Source of the DNA: a bacterium
GTDB taxonomy: Bacteria; UBA8248
Reading direction: 5' to 3'
Length of the DNA: 64,000 nt
Assembly (NCBI GenBank): GCA_965202625.1
Contig: CBDBBI010000010.1
Span: 1,920,001-1,984,000 of the forward strand
The notes under the pieces are model-generated. The model was not told where the DNA came from. It did no database searches and saw only the letters and a program-made list of their open reading frames with translations. The position numbers and the translations under genes were made by a program. Position 1 is the first letter of the stretch. Every line of letters begins with the position of its first letter. Below are positions 63,816-64,000 of the stretch, one piece after another.

Positions 63816-64000
63816 CTAATGCGACTGCCATTCCACCTTCGAGAGATCGACGCCCTCCTTCACCATCTCATAGAGCGGACTCATCTCACGAAGCCGGCTT
63901 ACGATGTCCGTCGTTTTCTCGGCCACGTATTCCATCTCTTCCTCGGTAGAAAAGCGACCGAAACCGAATCGAATCGACGAATGTGCCAACTCATCGCCCC
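63816..64000 (-). CDS. iscS: cysteine desulfurase IscS, 3' end (truncated by window)
   Basis: My translation: [20 protein letters not shown]...[25 protein letters not shown]. Confidence 0.93.
   Translation of the reverse strand, partial: GDELAHSSIRFGFGRFSTEEEMEYVAEKTTDIVSRLREMSPLYEMVKEGVDLSKVEWQSH

Overview
GC-rich diderm bacterial chromosome segment, densely coding, with no rRNA, tRNA, CRISPR array, transposase or prophage that I could recognise. Core loci are a split ATP synthase operon (atpF'-F-H-A-G-D-C, with no atpB/atpE), an ISC operon (iscS partial-iscU-iscA-hscB-hscA-fdx-iscX), trxB, an orphan nuoI, pncB, nrnA, engB, rsmI and an endonuclease IV-like gene. Catabolic enzymes are numerous: three paralogous DHPON/FrsA-like alpha/beta hydrolases, two FAH, two LLM, two CMD, two CaiB, two crotonases, a TPP E1 alpha/beta pair and a thiol dioxygenase. 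The main result is two selenoprotein genes that the ORF track splits or truncates at an in-frame UGA. One is a GrdB/PrdB-like protein (UxxC = U-G-L-C, 6778-7581); the other is a glutaredoxin/NrdH-like redoxin (U-A-P-C, 44422-44700) just upstream of trxB. Each has a SECIS-like hairpin right after the UGA. The window also has a tandem array of exported ankyrin-repeat genes with visible duplication and fusion scars, and at least five eroded gene remnants (aroE-like, DnaQ-like, outer-membrane beta-barrel, restriction S subunit, PpiC PPIase). A host-associated (e.g. sponge-symbiont) lifestyle is suggested but is inference only. All family calls come from motif recognition by eye; no searches were run.
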